In this document: positions 28,330-42,836 of the stretch, piece by piece
How positions within the stretch are numbered: the first letter of the stretch is position 1
Layout of the letters: the number at the start of each line of letters is the position of its first letter
Assembly: GCA_951406725.2 (NCBI GenBank)
Contig: OX597830.1
Location: forward strand, 74,772,001-74,836,000
Direction: 5' to 3'
DNA length: 64,000 nt
Origin: Octopus vulgaris
Lineage: Eukaryota
The notes under the pieces: generated by a model
The model's database searches: none
Seen by the model: the letters and a program-made list of their open reading frames with translations, nothing else
Told to the model about the DNA's origin: nothing
Translations under genes and position numbers: made by a program

Positions 28330-29295
28330 ACAAACTTATATTGCACACCAGAAATTGCCGCACCCATATAAGCGTTGCTTATGGTGGATCAATCCCCACC
28401 CTTAGCTATCCCCTTAGCTACGCTATTGCACATGTGGCTTCTATACTGAAATTGAGAAATTGTATCTTATATTGAAACTGCATCGCTAAGTTTGTTTACA
28501 ACGAGCATAAACAGAAGTGTTGCTGATGTAGTTGTTGCTTAGCCTTCAGTTCAGTCCTGATTGGGTGGGTGTATAATCAAAAGCAATCTAATCGTAATCA
28601 GTCCATATAACCCTAGCTACTGATACCTCACTTAATCGAATGTTTATGAAAATCATCGATGAAATCTACTTACATTTATATTTCTTCAAATTTAAACTTA
28701 AATCAGCTTATTGCTGTGCTTTAGCTCATATTGTCTAAGTAAAATGAAAGAGCTTTGTATCTATATCACCAGACTTGGCAGTTTCATTCCGATTATATGA
28801 ACAGTGAGGTCGACGAGATCCCATAAGTTTTCGTGTACCAAATGTCACTGACAAAGCTTTAATGATTCCGTGTTTTTGATATAAGACGTTTTCCCAAGGT
28901 ACTCTGCAGTGTGATGTTATCAGGAAAGGATCGCACGGAATTGAGGCGAATTTCTCAACCACAGAATATACCGTCCGCGCGTGAACACATACATGCATAC
29001 ATTTCTACCTAAGATTTGATTTAGTTGAATTTCTTGTGCGCTTTCTGTTAACAATTACCAACAGACTGGTGCTTTATCTTTTCGAGAACCTCCCAGAATG
29101 GTAAAAGGTAACGTCTACCTTGAGGAAATGTGAACTATGTGTCCAAATACACGCATGGCTACTGTACATTGATACATACTAATGTTATGTACAGGTAAAT
29201 CTTACCTGTCAGTACCCTGTAGACGTTTTCCTTCTTTAGTCATTAGTCAAGAAGCAGACCTATGATAAATGGCATTCCCATCTTACCGGACAGTT

Positions 29296-29676
29296 TATTA
29301 CCTTCGCCTTAGCAAAGGCAGAAGTATTGTTTCAGTCGTGTTTGTTTGTTTGTTTGTCTATGGACAAGATATCTCAAGAACCGCTGGATGGATTCTGATG
29401 AAGCATTCAGGGATGTTTTGCCTCGTGGTTGGCACGAACTTATAAAATTTTGGGATCGATCCGGTACTAGACAAGGATCTGAATTATTTTTCCTGTTTGT
29501 TTTTTTTTTTTTACTTAATTTTTGAGAACCGTCGGGTTCATTTTTAGTATTCTCGTTTGTGAGAGCAGTCGAGTTTATTTCAAATATTCTCATTTTAAAA
29601 ATCATCTCTGGCTAATCGTTGAGAGGACGTTGGTGTTGCCTTGGCGGAAGTTCGCGTTCTCTGAGTGCTCTGGTTT
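29296..29676 (+). mobile_element. Helentron-associated non-autonomous element (HINE/DINE-1-like)
   Basis: 5' subterminal accttcgcc with nearby partial inverse ggcagaagt, then (GTTT)n. The 3' end has inverse ggcggaagt (29643-29651), a hairpin gcgttc-tct-gagtgc and a T-rich terminus. Confidence 0.7.
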
Positions 29677-30344
29677 AAGGTATTTCTTTACAAATGAAAC
29701 CATAGATTGTTTTAGAGAAGATCTTTACGGCAAATACCATTATGTGGTGCGTCCACATATGATTCCTAGTGCTGATAATCTACGGCAATACAGAAGATAT
29801 AAGTTTATATGGACGTATGTACATTTTAAAGAAAAATAATCACATTATATCTAAACTCATAAACATTACCTATACTTCTTAAATTTAAGTCTACACTAGA
29901 TACATCTTCTTTCCGATTCTTATGTTCCTTCTTTGGCCATCATGCTGATGAATTACCCTTAGTGACTTTCAAAAGAAGCGCTACGTGGTGAATATCTAAG
30001 TTGTAAGTCTGTGACTGATAGCTAAAGTAAACAAGGAGTCAAATGATATCGATTGTTCCGTCCAGAAGCTTCACACAACTTAACATCAAATGAAACAACG
30101 AGAGGTTTCCAATATGTGGTTATTCTGCCTGCAAGAAATAGCAGTAAAGTCTCTTTCAAATTGTACTCTACTGTCTTATGCAACAAAAGGTATCCCCACT
30201 GCCAAAATTTCAAAGATTGTAATACCAATAAAACTGTCGGTCATATGTATTGGACATTTTGGTCATATGACTATTAAAACCTAGACGAGACATGAATACA
30301 AAGAACATTGTTACCGACATCAACACCACCAAGTCGTGTCACGA

Positions 30345-30570
30345 AGGAGCTATTTAGTGGCCAGCTAGCACTGCTAGAAACAGCGACCAAATATTTCTGA
30401 AATCAAAGCTCCCCTTCATCTTCTTTAAAAGAGAAGGACCTTATTGTACGTATAGTCCTAGATATACGTTAGCAAGTTATTAGAGAAAAGAGACGGGATG
30501 GTTACGGCTGGAACAGCTTTGATCTGGTGAATCCGACATGTTCCTATATTAAATAGCAGTAGCAGAGGCA
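30345..30570 (+). mobile_element. Old interspersed repeat family F/G, most complete copy
   Basis: gctagaaacagcgaccaaat core, then gacgggatggttacggctggaacagctttgatc, which is the reverse complement of the G motif at 30970-31090, ~29250 and ~61095. Confidence 0.55.
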
Positions 30571-30960
30571 GGAGCAGCAATAAGCACAACAATAACAACA
30601 ACAGCAAAAATAATACAAAAGCAGTTGATTCGAATTCGTGAACCGTTCGTTGGTAGTTCAAAACCATATTCATTCACGCTTTTGGAGAATGTTCTAACCG
30701 TGACCGCCACCGCTGCCGCCGCCACCACAGTCACCTCCGTCTCCGCCATTGCCGCCGTTGCCACTACACCCCATCTGTCCCATCACCACCACCATCACTA
30801 TCCCATGCCTTCTTAGATTTACGACTTCAAACATATGGTTCCCATTTTGAAGACGGTGAGGTGTGGTGTGAGATGCGATTAGGGGATGTTTGCCTCCTAC
30901 CATTGATCACAATGAATGATCATATAGAAGTGTCTTCCTTACTTCTTATTGCGGTTGGTT

Positions 30961-31092
30961 TTATTGTTTAGCCCCAGGTCAGCCCTGATCATGTACACCT
31001 ATGATCATAGACATTCCAGCCTTGTTGTTATTGTTAGTCCCAAGTCATCCTTGATCGAACAGTTCTATGATCAAAAGCGTTCCAGACATGGC
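30961..31092 (-). repeat. Two tandem ~65-bp copies of the family F/G end motif
   Basis: ttagccccaggtcagccctgatc...ctatgatcatagacattccagc is followed by ttagtcccaagtcatccttgatc...ctatgatcaaaagcgttccagac. Confidence 0.7.
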
Positions 31093-32699
31093 TGTGTATT
31101 TTATTCGGCCTTTCCCTAAGTGTCTCTCTTCTTTTCACAGTAAGGATCTACTTGAACTAAACTAAAATAGCAGCATCACTGTCACCATAACGACAAGCAT
31201 CTATCAATACGATTCCACAAGTAAAGCAAAGCTATGTGGTCACTGAATTTGCTGGGAATAGATATGATTTAAAGATTTAGCTGCTAATAACCATATTGAC
31301 TTTGCCTTTTACCTTTCCGAGATCGATACATTCAGTACCAGGTCGATACTGTACTGTGATCGATATTAATTATAAACTCCCATCAAAAATTATGGCCATG
31401 TTTATATCTTAAAAACCAATATCTCAATGGCATTCTTTACCTCAGTTGTCCAGATGGTGTTATGTGAAACAGTTTGAAACGGAATGTAGCAACGAGTCGA
31501 CCACCGGTATTCGAAACATGTAACTATCGTATATCTTAGCGGTTGCCTAGAGATCGATATAGACTATTTCCTAAGAAAGTTGATGGAACTGTAAGATGGA
31601 AGAATAAGAATACAATTCAAAGTTTGGCGGTCAACGGCTAGCAGGATAAAATTATAGCTCTCTTCACAGTTAGGAAACACTTGACTTGAAATATTTTCAA
31701 ATCTAAATGTCATAATCATATGTATTAAAATAATGACGTTATGATGTGGGGTAAAATATTATAAAGAACGGCTCTTCCGGCTTATGAAGACATCACACAG
31801 AATAGCTGGGAACAATTTCATAATTAGACATATCACCGCATCACAAAGTTACAGACGTAACGACGTAACAGAGAACGTTTTCGTAGTATGGAAGTCCTTT
31901 GTGCCATGAATAAAGAAACGTCTCGGAGAATATTTTCACAACTGAACAGTTTACCTTGCATCGTAAAGGAACGGATGTCGTTGGAAACATTTATTCCTAA
32001 TTTGGCATCTTTTGATTGCCATCAAAGTACAGATGTAGCAAGGAAACAGTTTCATAATTTTGACGATTAATTGTGCCCTAACGGCACAAACATAACAAAT
32101 AACATTTTCACAATACGGCAGCTTTCCTGCTTTACGAGGGCAATGGTGTTGCGGGGAGCATTTTCGTAATTTTGAATCATTCCCACACCTGGGACCATAT
32201 TTGCAATTTGACAGCTCTCCCCAGTTTTGAGGTCAAAGGAAAAGCAATAAGACTTTATTTTGCCTTTTTATCTTTCACAACTTAGCGTTTCCGTATCGTG
32301 AAGGCAAACAAAACGCAAAAAGAACATGTTTCGTAAAAATCATTACTGAGTGTATTACTGAAAATGGCTATGTTTGAGAGGATGTTCTGGAGGTTGAATG
32401 AAGGTCCTGCAATAATGTGATGGAGGTCGACAGATTCCAACGTTAGACGTTCCCTAGTTTAGCTGGATGACTGCTTTTCTTATAACATGAAGTAGCTGTC
32501 ATTGTTTTCTCTATCTTATCTCCATAAGAGATTGTAATTCATAACGCTTTTAGTTGCTCAAGTGGCTAATAATTATTTAAGGGAGAAGAGATTATGGAAC
32601 AGCTGTGGAAATTGCCTACTGCTGCGGGTAGTGGTGATGGTGGTTGTGCTACTACTACTAATACAAGGACAACAACAAAAATAACAACAATAATATATA

Positions 32700-32760
<61 letters not shown>

Positions 32761-32769
32761 ATAGAAGTG

Positions 32770-33420
<651 letters not shown>

Positions 33421-34402
33421 ATACTTTTGCTACTAATACTACTACAACTACTAAACCAACATTCTGAACAAGGAACGGCTCTCAACTCCCTTGAAAAGAG
33501 AACGGACAAAAAAAAAACAAAATAAAAAACAATATCAGAATCACGCGTAGGGAACGTTTCATCGCCGACCCTTATTTTTAAATATCATATCACTGCTAGA
33601 AGAAAAAACAAACAAATGAAACCTTAAAATAAACAAAACATAGTATAAGACAAAAGAAAAAAAATAATAATAAAAGAAACCCCGATGAGAATAAAGTGAA
33701 GCTGTAATGGCGTTTCTTAACAGGAAATCACTTCCTGTGTTCCTGTTTGCCACTATAATACTTTTCCTATCAGTAAAAGACAGCCAAGAGGATTTCGGTT
33801 AACATAACCGTTGATCTCTGGCAATATTGACTATCTATTTTCTTCTCTTCTCTTCTCTTCTGTTCAACGGTCTCTCATTTTCTCTGTTTGTGTATGTATA
33901 CGGGTTGTATGTGTGCAGGTATGTGTGAGCGTGTTTGTAACAAATAAACAAATATATAAATAAATAAAAATATTATGCGATGGAGATGATACGCGCTTAG
34001 TTAGACAACAAGATCTTCGAAAACGAAACCCAATAAACTGAATATGACGGAGATCTAGAGATGACAGTTTGCCAGGGCAAAGTTCATGAACAAAGTTTCA
34101 GGCTATTGTTGGTCTTATATTATCACTTCAATAATATAACATAATATAACATAACATAATATATAAACTACAGTCAGTAGTAAGGAAGGTAAAACTTAAC
34201 AAGTTACAGTGTGCAAATTTCAGGAAGATTCAACGAACAGATAGGCGACCAAAGCAAAGTTTCACAGACGTTTAGATGTGATGCCAGGTTTGATGAAAAG
34301 AAAAGAAAGAGACTAAAAGGAAGACGCATAGCGACAGTTGGCCGGATGAATTCTCGGGTTAGATGGGTAACTTTAAGCATATAATGCTATCTACGTATGT
34401 AT

Positions 34403-34471
<69 letters not shown>

Positions 34472-35660
34472 CGTGTGTGAATGTATGTACGTGTGAGTTT
34501 TTCTATGTCTGTGTAAGAATATATATATATATATGTATATGTACGCATGTATGTATACACATACATACGCACAAACAAACACACACAGACACGCATCCAT
34601 ACGTACATGCATAGAAACGGGCGCATGCATATACACGTATTTCTCCCTTAGGAATAAGGCTTAAGTTTCTGATTGGCCAGTGGTGAAGATAAAGTGATTT
34701 GAGATCAGCGCGCTAATGACACTTATTTTATCGACCCCGAAAGGATGAAAGGCGAATAGGTTTGACCTTAGAAAACCACGTGACACAAAATCAGACCCTG
34801 CAAAGAAACTAAACCCTTTATATAATATATCAGTTATCTCATTGATATGCATGTGAGTATGCGTGTTCGTGTGTGTGTGTATGTGTGTGTAAGCATTGAT
34901 TTGCTAACGTAAATACTAAATATGTATATTGAGTTACTTTAGGATATGAGAGAGCGCGAGTAACGAAGTGGATAAGAAGTGGTTTTCTATCGTAGAGGTC
35001 ATCATTTTGTATTGTCATCAACACTAAGATGTATAGTGGAGAGCAAGCTTTAATATCCACGGGTGCTGAGAGGGAACGGTCTCAAGGACGTAAGCGACGG
35101 CAGCAATGTTAAATTTCCAAGTGACTCGCTAGCTTCAAATGTTGGGATTGAGTGACTTATCTAAGACCTGGAGAAGGCAACGGGAAAATCGAGGAGAGCG
35201 AATCCGTTATAAGTGCCCTTTAGTGTCAACCATCATAGTTTCGTTTCCCCCTCATGATGTAGTATTTTGTACGAGTAACTGGGGAATAATTTTGATGTTT
35301 TCTTTGTCATACTACAACTTAAGCAATAATAACTCTGTGTACTAAAGCAATGATAATAAAGTCTGATTAAATCACAATACTACCCTCAATCCACGTACGT
35401 GACTGGTATTTTACTTCATCGTTCTACGAAAAGATAATAAAATATGGGTGAAATGAGCTCCATTGGATTGCAAATAAAAATATAAAGGGATGCAATTATC
35501 TACTACAATATATTCTGACCAGCTCTCTACCGATCATCCTGGCAAAACATAGGGATCTAAGTCAACCGTGCCCCAATCATTCTTAGTTTTCTCCCCAAGC
35601 TTAAGGCGAATATACCTTATAAGGAATATATCTGATTGAATTAAAATACTTATGTATATT

Positions 35661-35837
35661 GGTTTCAAATTTTGGTGGAAGGGTTATATCGATTACATAG
35701 TCACCAGTGCTCAATTGGTCCTTTATTTTATCGACCCCGAAAAGATGAAAGGCAAAGTTGACCTCGGCGGAATTTGAATACAGAACGTCAGGTTGGAAGA
35801 AATGCTTCGAAGCGTTTTACCCGACGCACTAACGATT
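35661..35837 (-). mobile_element. SINE family A copy
   Basis: tttatcgaccccgaaaagatgaaaggcaaagttgacctcggcggaatttgaa. A shorter fragment lies at 34721-34768. Confidence 0.85.
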
Positions 35838-37927
35838 TAAAATACATCAACGCTTTACAATACCTCTGTAGGTTAAAATTGCATTGTGTAATGGTCCCTT
35901 ATCTTGCAAGCAAAAGTAAGTCTCGATATAATTTCATTTATGAAAGTAAAGAAGGAAATTGAAATCTCAAGATCCTAGGGATTTTTGAGATTTCGATTGA
36001 AATTAAAGTTTTACTCTTTTAAATCATTTGACTTCATCCATGATGAAGCACCATCTCTAACTCTTATATCAATTGTATCGTCTCCAGTACTTCACTACTT
36101 TATTTTAGCAATCACTAACACTCGAAAAAAACTACTGTGAGCTTTTCATCTTTTTTAGCAAATTGTATTAACATGTTTCTTCTTATAAATTAATTATACA
36201 CACACATGCTACGTAAGATTATTGCAATTCGATTTTTATCAATGACATCGCTTGATTGCTCCCTTATATATGAGCAGCAAGGATGCGGCAGCAATGTGTT
36301 ACTCATGCAGCAGGTGTTCATCGAGCCTATCAGCTATGCTGACACGTGCTTTCATTTCATATTCCGTTTACATGCCAGTTAAACTTGGGTGTGATTTTAA
36401 GATACAATTTAGCAACGCTGTTAAAAGTAGATAATGCGGTTAAACCACCTATTTTTCTGTCTGTGACCTTAAAAACATAAGATCAACCGATTTAAAGTAG
36501 TCTAAATATTTTACTATATCTTGTTTTCTATCCATAAAGGCAGAACAGAATAGTTTTTTTATAAGCTATTTATAGTATATACAACCTTATTTACAATGTA
36601 ATTGCTGCGACTTAGCTAGTATAACAGAAATTGGAGCATTTGATATGATTAATATAATTCAATAGTGGGTTCTTCAAACGTACTCTTGTGATCCAGTACT
36701 CAGTTGCACTTGTTGTATCCAGTACAAATGAGGAAATAAAACCACGGTGGTGAAACACACGAACAAATTATATAAACGGCATCTTGTGTTTTTCGCATTT
36801 TCCACACACACACACACGTATGCATATATGCATGTGTGTGTGTGTGTGTGTGTTTGGAGAGGATTGTTTTTCTTCTACTGAATGGATTATCTTAAATTCA
36901 ATGAAACGATGAAACATCGCAATCACTTACATCAGCTATTTCTTACGGCCACACATGAAGAGCTGTGTGTCCGTAACAAATTTATCGATACAGGGCCAAC
37001 AAATAATCCTGTAACATATCCGTTAATATAATAACCTCCTATCAGTTAAATGATTTAAAACATATTATCCTTGTTATAACATTTGTATAACATCATCTTC
37101 TAGATATCAATCGTCTAGTTAATACAGTTGGCTCTTCATCTTCAATTCTATTGCTATTATATTAGATTCAATTATTTATTGATGTCGATAATTCACACAA
37201 ATATCTGTTCGATATAATCCTGCTGGGATTATCACAAAAATCTGTAACTATATTATAATAAAACTTGACTGATGACTAGCCAACTAGGGTTGCTTAAACT
37301 GTTAAGAATAATAGCCAGATGTCTCTCTTTCGAACCACTCCCTACCGGATTTTATTTAAATACAAAGCATTCATAAATAATACACTGTTCCTCAATTTCA
37401 CAAACAAACATTACATAATGCACTTCATTAGCTTACAGCTGTTTCTGCTTAGATGCAATGTTTCTTACGTTTCAGTAATTGTATCCTACCCTGTAGCTTT
37501 GTCGGAGCTTCAACAATGGATTGCAATTTTAGTTGGGAAAGCTTTTATATACATTGAAAACGTCATCATAAACAACAAAGAGAAACAGCATATGCATGAA
37601 ATGTAGCATAGAGGTCGAAGAATAAAACTACTCTCAGAGAAACTGTATATATGCATGAATACTTACGTGCATAAATAAATAAACACGCGCGCGCGCACAC
37701 ACAAACGCACACACATACACACACACACACATATAAACGTAGAATGTTTGTGGTTGAAAATTTGGATCACGGTTCTGTTTTATTAGAGCTGATCTGAGAT
37801 TGAACGCCTACCAACAACAGCATCAGCTAAGAATCTTGACGTTTTTGCAGATGTTTAAAATCGATATTGCATCTAACCATTAAAGAACCCATTATTAGTT
37901 TAAAGTGAAAGCAATAATAATAATAAC

Positions 37928-37993
<66 letters not shown>

Positions 37994-38004
37994 CATCATT
38001 ATAC

Positions 38005-38439
38005 CTACTACTGGCACAAGGTCTAGAATTTGGTGGGAGGGGACTAGTCGATTACATCGACCCCAGTGTTTCACTGGTACTTAATTTATCAACCACGAAT
38101 GGTTGAATGGTAAAGACAACATTAGCAGAATTTAATCTCAGAACGTAAACGACGGACGAAATACCACTAAGAATTTTACCAGGCGTTTTCACGATTCACC
38201 CAGCTCACCTCATTAGATAACAGTAATAATAACTCTTTCTAGTAAGGGCAGAAGGCCTGAAAATTTGGGGGTAGGGACCAGGCGGTTACATCGATCCCAG
38301 GGTTTCACTGGTACTTAATTTATCGACCCTTGAAGTATGAAAGTCAAAGTCGACCTCGGCGGAATTTGAACTCAGAACGTGAAGACGGACGAAATATCGC
38401 TTGCCCAGAGTTTTAACGATTCTGACAGCGCACCGCCTT
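38005..38439 (-). mobile_element. Two head-to-tail SINE family A copies (38005-38214, 38234-38439)
   Basis: Both align to the reverse complement of 18262-18494 and abut (TAA)n 37912-37993. Further fragments lie at 38630-38700 (+) and 38780-38850 (-). Confidence 0.88.
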
Positions 38440-39080
38440 AAATAATAGTAATAACAACGAGGTTGTTAATTTCCACGAGTCAACGTGGCGACGGATTTGC
38501 CGAATCGTTTAAGTATGATGAGAGAAAGAGGGGTAGTAAAATAGAGTGTAAGAAAGGTAATAAGAGAGAAGAGTAAGGCACAGCAAGAACGAGAGGGAAA
38601 TAGAGCGAGATTTGCTGAGGCTTTCCGCCCTCTGAGCTGAAATCTCTCAGAGGTCAACTTTGCTTTTCATCTTTTTGGGATCGATAAATAAGGTGCCAGT
38701 GCAGAATGGTATACTGGCAGAAGTATTAGAGCGTGGAACGAAAACGCTTTAGTGATTCTATAATTACTCCACACTGCTATTCTGGTCTGTTTATTTATCG
38801 ATCCTAGATGGATGAAAGTTTAATGTTGACCTAAGCTGGATTTGAACTCGGAGGAATGTGTCGAATCGTCTTAATATTGACGATTGAAAATTCATAATGC
38901 CATTGGTTTTATATTAGTTTGACTGTAAACTAATAATCAATCATTTAAATATTTTGGTTGATCAATGTAATTGTCATTACATTGAACAACTACGAATATG
39001 GTGCGCTCGGCTACATTTCATCCAGTGCCTTAACAACAGCGATATCACGCCAGAGAAAGGTAGGTTAGGCAAGGTTGCAT

Positions 39081-39435
39081 TTAGGCATTTAGTATTCAAA
39101 ACGGCCAAATCCGGCCCAAATATTGTACTTGTTTTGCAATGTTACCAGTTCAAATGTACTAAAAGCAAGTTCGGAATTGCTTTTAGCATATCCGAACTAG
39201 TAATAACACTGCATTTATACTTATCACTGCTTAGCTCTCTGACGCCGTAATTTACTTGTTTCATATTTAAACTGGTCAGATCTAGTCTCTCACACCTACG
39301 CTAGAATGTCATTCTAGAAATAGATAACCACATCATCGAAATCTTAAAGATACAAGACAATACATAATTAATTCAAAACAATGTGAATAAGTAAGCCTTA
39401 CATATGACAGAATAAACTGAATGACAAAGGGTTAA
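39081..39435. mobile_element. piggyBac-like MITE remnant
   Basis: Right end gaatgacaaagggTTAA (CCC terminus plus TTAA) and decayed left end ttaggcatttagtattc. Internal homology with 19060-19275. Confidence 0.5.
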
Positions 39436-40226
39436 ATATATATTCTCAGACATGATGGTCACTGCTGGATGACTTTACACTGTAGGGCTAATCAGCCAGG
39501 TGGCAACCTGGAGGCTAAGCAGAACCAAAAGTAGCACTACCATTTACTTTCAAGATGACCTTATGCATATGTTCTCATGATGTTACTTAAAGTGGATTTC
39601 TATTAAATCTATATGTCATAAAGATTTACAAAATTTTGTTATATTTAATCCTATTTGTAATTATCAAATTACCACAAAGCGAATCTATATACTCGAACAT
39701 CAGTTATTGGATCAATCAATTAATCAATAGGTATTCATTCACATAAAAACTATAAACAAAACCACACGACTTGCTAGAAATCGCAACGAAATTTCTTCCT
39801 TGTTGTCGCTATTTAACTTCGGGTCTGCGATCCTTTGATCCAACGTACCTATGATCAATAGCATCACACATGCGACTATCCCCGTCTTTTCTTCGAGACG
39901 TAATGCATCTAGCGCTAAAAACGTCAACGTGTCCTTCATAATATTTAAGATAGTGTGATGTATATTTTGAAACAGATATAGCAGATTCTCCTGTAGGTTC
40001 ATAAAACTATTACATCCCTCCTTTCGTATATTTGTATATTGTATTCTACGAAAATATACTCATGAAGACTACTTCTTTTTTGGTAACGTTTTTACATCAT
40101 ACATGCATACATACAAACATACATACATACACATATATGTAATATTAAATTTTCGTATTCTCTAAATCTAGAAGGGATTGTCCCCGAAGATAATTGACCA
40201 CCGCGTGAGTGTTTGTGTGTGTACGT

Positions 40227-40261
<35 letters not shown>

Positions 40262-40585
40262 GATTATCTTAGAGTCTTAGAGTCCTGCCATCTTCTCTAC
40301 TGGTATAAGACAAAGCCAATTAGAACTTAATTCCCCAATGTAAGGACTCACATAAATCTTACAGTTGTGCTTGTTTGTTCAGTTAACAATTCGAATAGTT
40401 TCTAACATGAACCAAAATTACAGCAATGTAGACTGATCTATTATAAAAGAAGATTCTTGACTATGAATATGGTACAGAGAGAAAACAGGTGACCAGTCAA
40501 ATCAATAAGGAATGCTTTACGTGGTCTCAAACCATGCTGAAAATCGTAGCCATAATTTACTCATATAACACATTAGCGTTTAACG

Positions 40586-40915
40586 CAAGGGTTCTTGGCA
40601 ATTTTTATCCATGGACACCTTTGATTATACTATTCTGGTGGACCCCTTTAGACATTTGATACTTAAAAACTAGTTTTTATAGAATCTTCTTTCACAACAT
40701 TCCCTTTTTTTTTCACATATGAACTTTTGTAGTTTGAAGTATATAAAATGTTAGGGAACGAAACCTCTTTCTTGCAATGTATACCAATTCACACAACTAA
40801 AGCAAAATATTTTCAGAGGCTCTTTAAACACTATTGCGGACCCCCAATTTACTATTCGTTGCATTGGACCACCAAAAATCTTATATGGATTCTCAGGGGC
40901 CAAAATGTTTAAAAG
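40586..40915. mobile_element. Decayed hAT-like non-autonomous element
   Basis: Starts caagggttctt and has repeated ggaccc(c) subterminal-type motifs (~40613, 40640, 40838, 40866). The ends are poorly preserved. Confidence 0.3.
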
Positions 40916-41615
40916 AAGGGAAGATACATTGAATAACGATGTTAATACAAATAAATCCATGCCTGAATAATAAAAGACAATGATTAACAATGAAACAACT
41001 TCCCTTACAACAGGTAACACGTGACTAGGCAACATCACACGACATACTGTTTTGTAGTACAACAAACTCACAACACGCCCATTTATTACACTGATTGACA
41101 TCGGCAGAACATTAACATAAAATAATTGTTTATCGATATTTTACACCTAATTGTCGTCTAAAACAAACACAGTATTTAAAATTCTAACTGGAATCATTAA
41201 TCGATTCCTCAAAAACACACAAAAAGCAAGAAACAAAAAGCTGTAACTACCATTTGATTTGATTTATGCTTTTTCACGTTTGTATATTCTTGTCTCGTTT
41301 GTGTGAGAATTTTTCTTAAGATATGTGTGGTTCTGTATGGTACGAGCGTGCTTCTGCGTGTGTTTGCGTGTGAGTGTCTGTGCGTGTAAGTGAGTGTGTG
41401 ACTGTGTATGTAACGGAATTAAATACTCGGTTTGATTCTTATATAAATCTACAAAAGCGAACTTATCTTTGAAAGGTACACTATTAGTGTGTGTATGTGT
41501 ATGTCAACAGCATTAATATCTATTTTTGTGTCTGTATATATATGTGTATATGCATGAACACACACATGCAATCCTATTTTTATATGTATGCATATATATG
41601 CATAAATATATATAT

Positions 41616-41664
<49 letters not shown>

Positions 41665-42067
41665 CACAAACACATAGATTTAAATGCATACATAAGCAAA
41701 TATATACATACTTTGTCTGCTAATATGCACCATCTCTTATCATTTGGATACTCCCACCTCAGGAAACAAGAGTTTAATACGGTACTTAATATATCGTCAT
41801 GTGTTCTATATACATATACACATATATATATATATATGTATATATATATGTGTGTGTGTATGTATGTATGTATATATATGTATATGTGTGTGTATATATG
41901 CATATTTCTGTATGTATGTATGTATCTATGAATGTATACGTATACGCATTTCTGAATAAATATTTTGTAATGAAATATCAATATGATTGTAGATGCATAC
42001 ATACATAGATACGCGTGTGTGTATGTATGTGATGTGTTTACATACGTTTACACATATATGTATATAT

Positions 42068-42127
<60 letters not shown>

Positions 42128-42793
42128 ATATGTATATATGCATAGACACACTCGCACACATCCCCACTCAACCACCTCATTTGCAGCCACAATAATAATC
42201 AGTAAATTAGGGTGGTGTCATAAGTTACAACTGGGAAATTACCTTGTTTGGTCTTTATTGTTTGAATAATTAATCACCCCAATTTAACACATAGTTATAA
42301 TATTGTAATAGTGTTCCACTCCATTTGCTTTATTGAGTGTTAACGATTTCATAATGTTCCTTATATTGTTTGTCTGTGTGTGACTGTGTGCGTGTATGAG
42401 TGTATGTGTTTGTGTGAGGGAGAGAGAGAGAGAGAGTGTGTGTATGAATGTGGTTGTGTTTGCGTGCATATGTATGTGGCTGTGTGTGTTCTGCGTGTGT
42501 ATTTACGAGCTGTTTTCCGCCTTTTATGGAAAGGTGTTTACATTTTTGTGTCTCTCTGTGTATATGAGTGTGTGTGTGTGTGTTTGTTTGTGTTTGTGTG
42601 TGTGTGTGTGTATGTGTTAACGTTGGTTTTGGGGAGAGAGAGAATTGTACGAAATATATTATTTGATTGAGTGTGTAAGCTTGTGTTTCTATGCATCCAT
42701 ATATCATGGATGCCCACACACATATTACACACACAGATACTAAAGTCTGTCTGTCTGTCTATCTGTCTCTCTCTCTCTCTTTCTCTCTATTTC

Positions 42794-42836
<43 letters not shown>

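Noticed and set aside
29195-29300. Partial matches to miR-10 (taccctgtaga) and miR-8-5p (catcttaccgg); also miR-87-like tgaacaaagtttcagg at ~34087
   Set aside because: Matches are short or mismatched, lack a precursor hairpin, and partly overlap repeat sequence.
30690-30816. Poly-Ala/Thr/His stretch resembling a transcription-factor exon (similarly His/Arg/Ser at 48720-48854)
   Set aside because: GCC/CAC/CGT triplet runs with no flanking domain or convincing splice sites.
36801-36858. Palindromes made of (CA)n facing (TG)n (also around 10740-10950 and 52000-52050)
   Set aside because: Expected by chance given the density of both microsatellite orientations.
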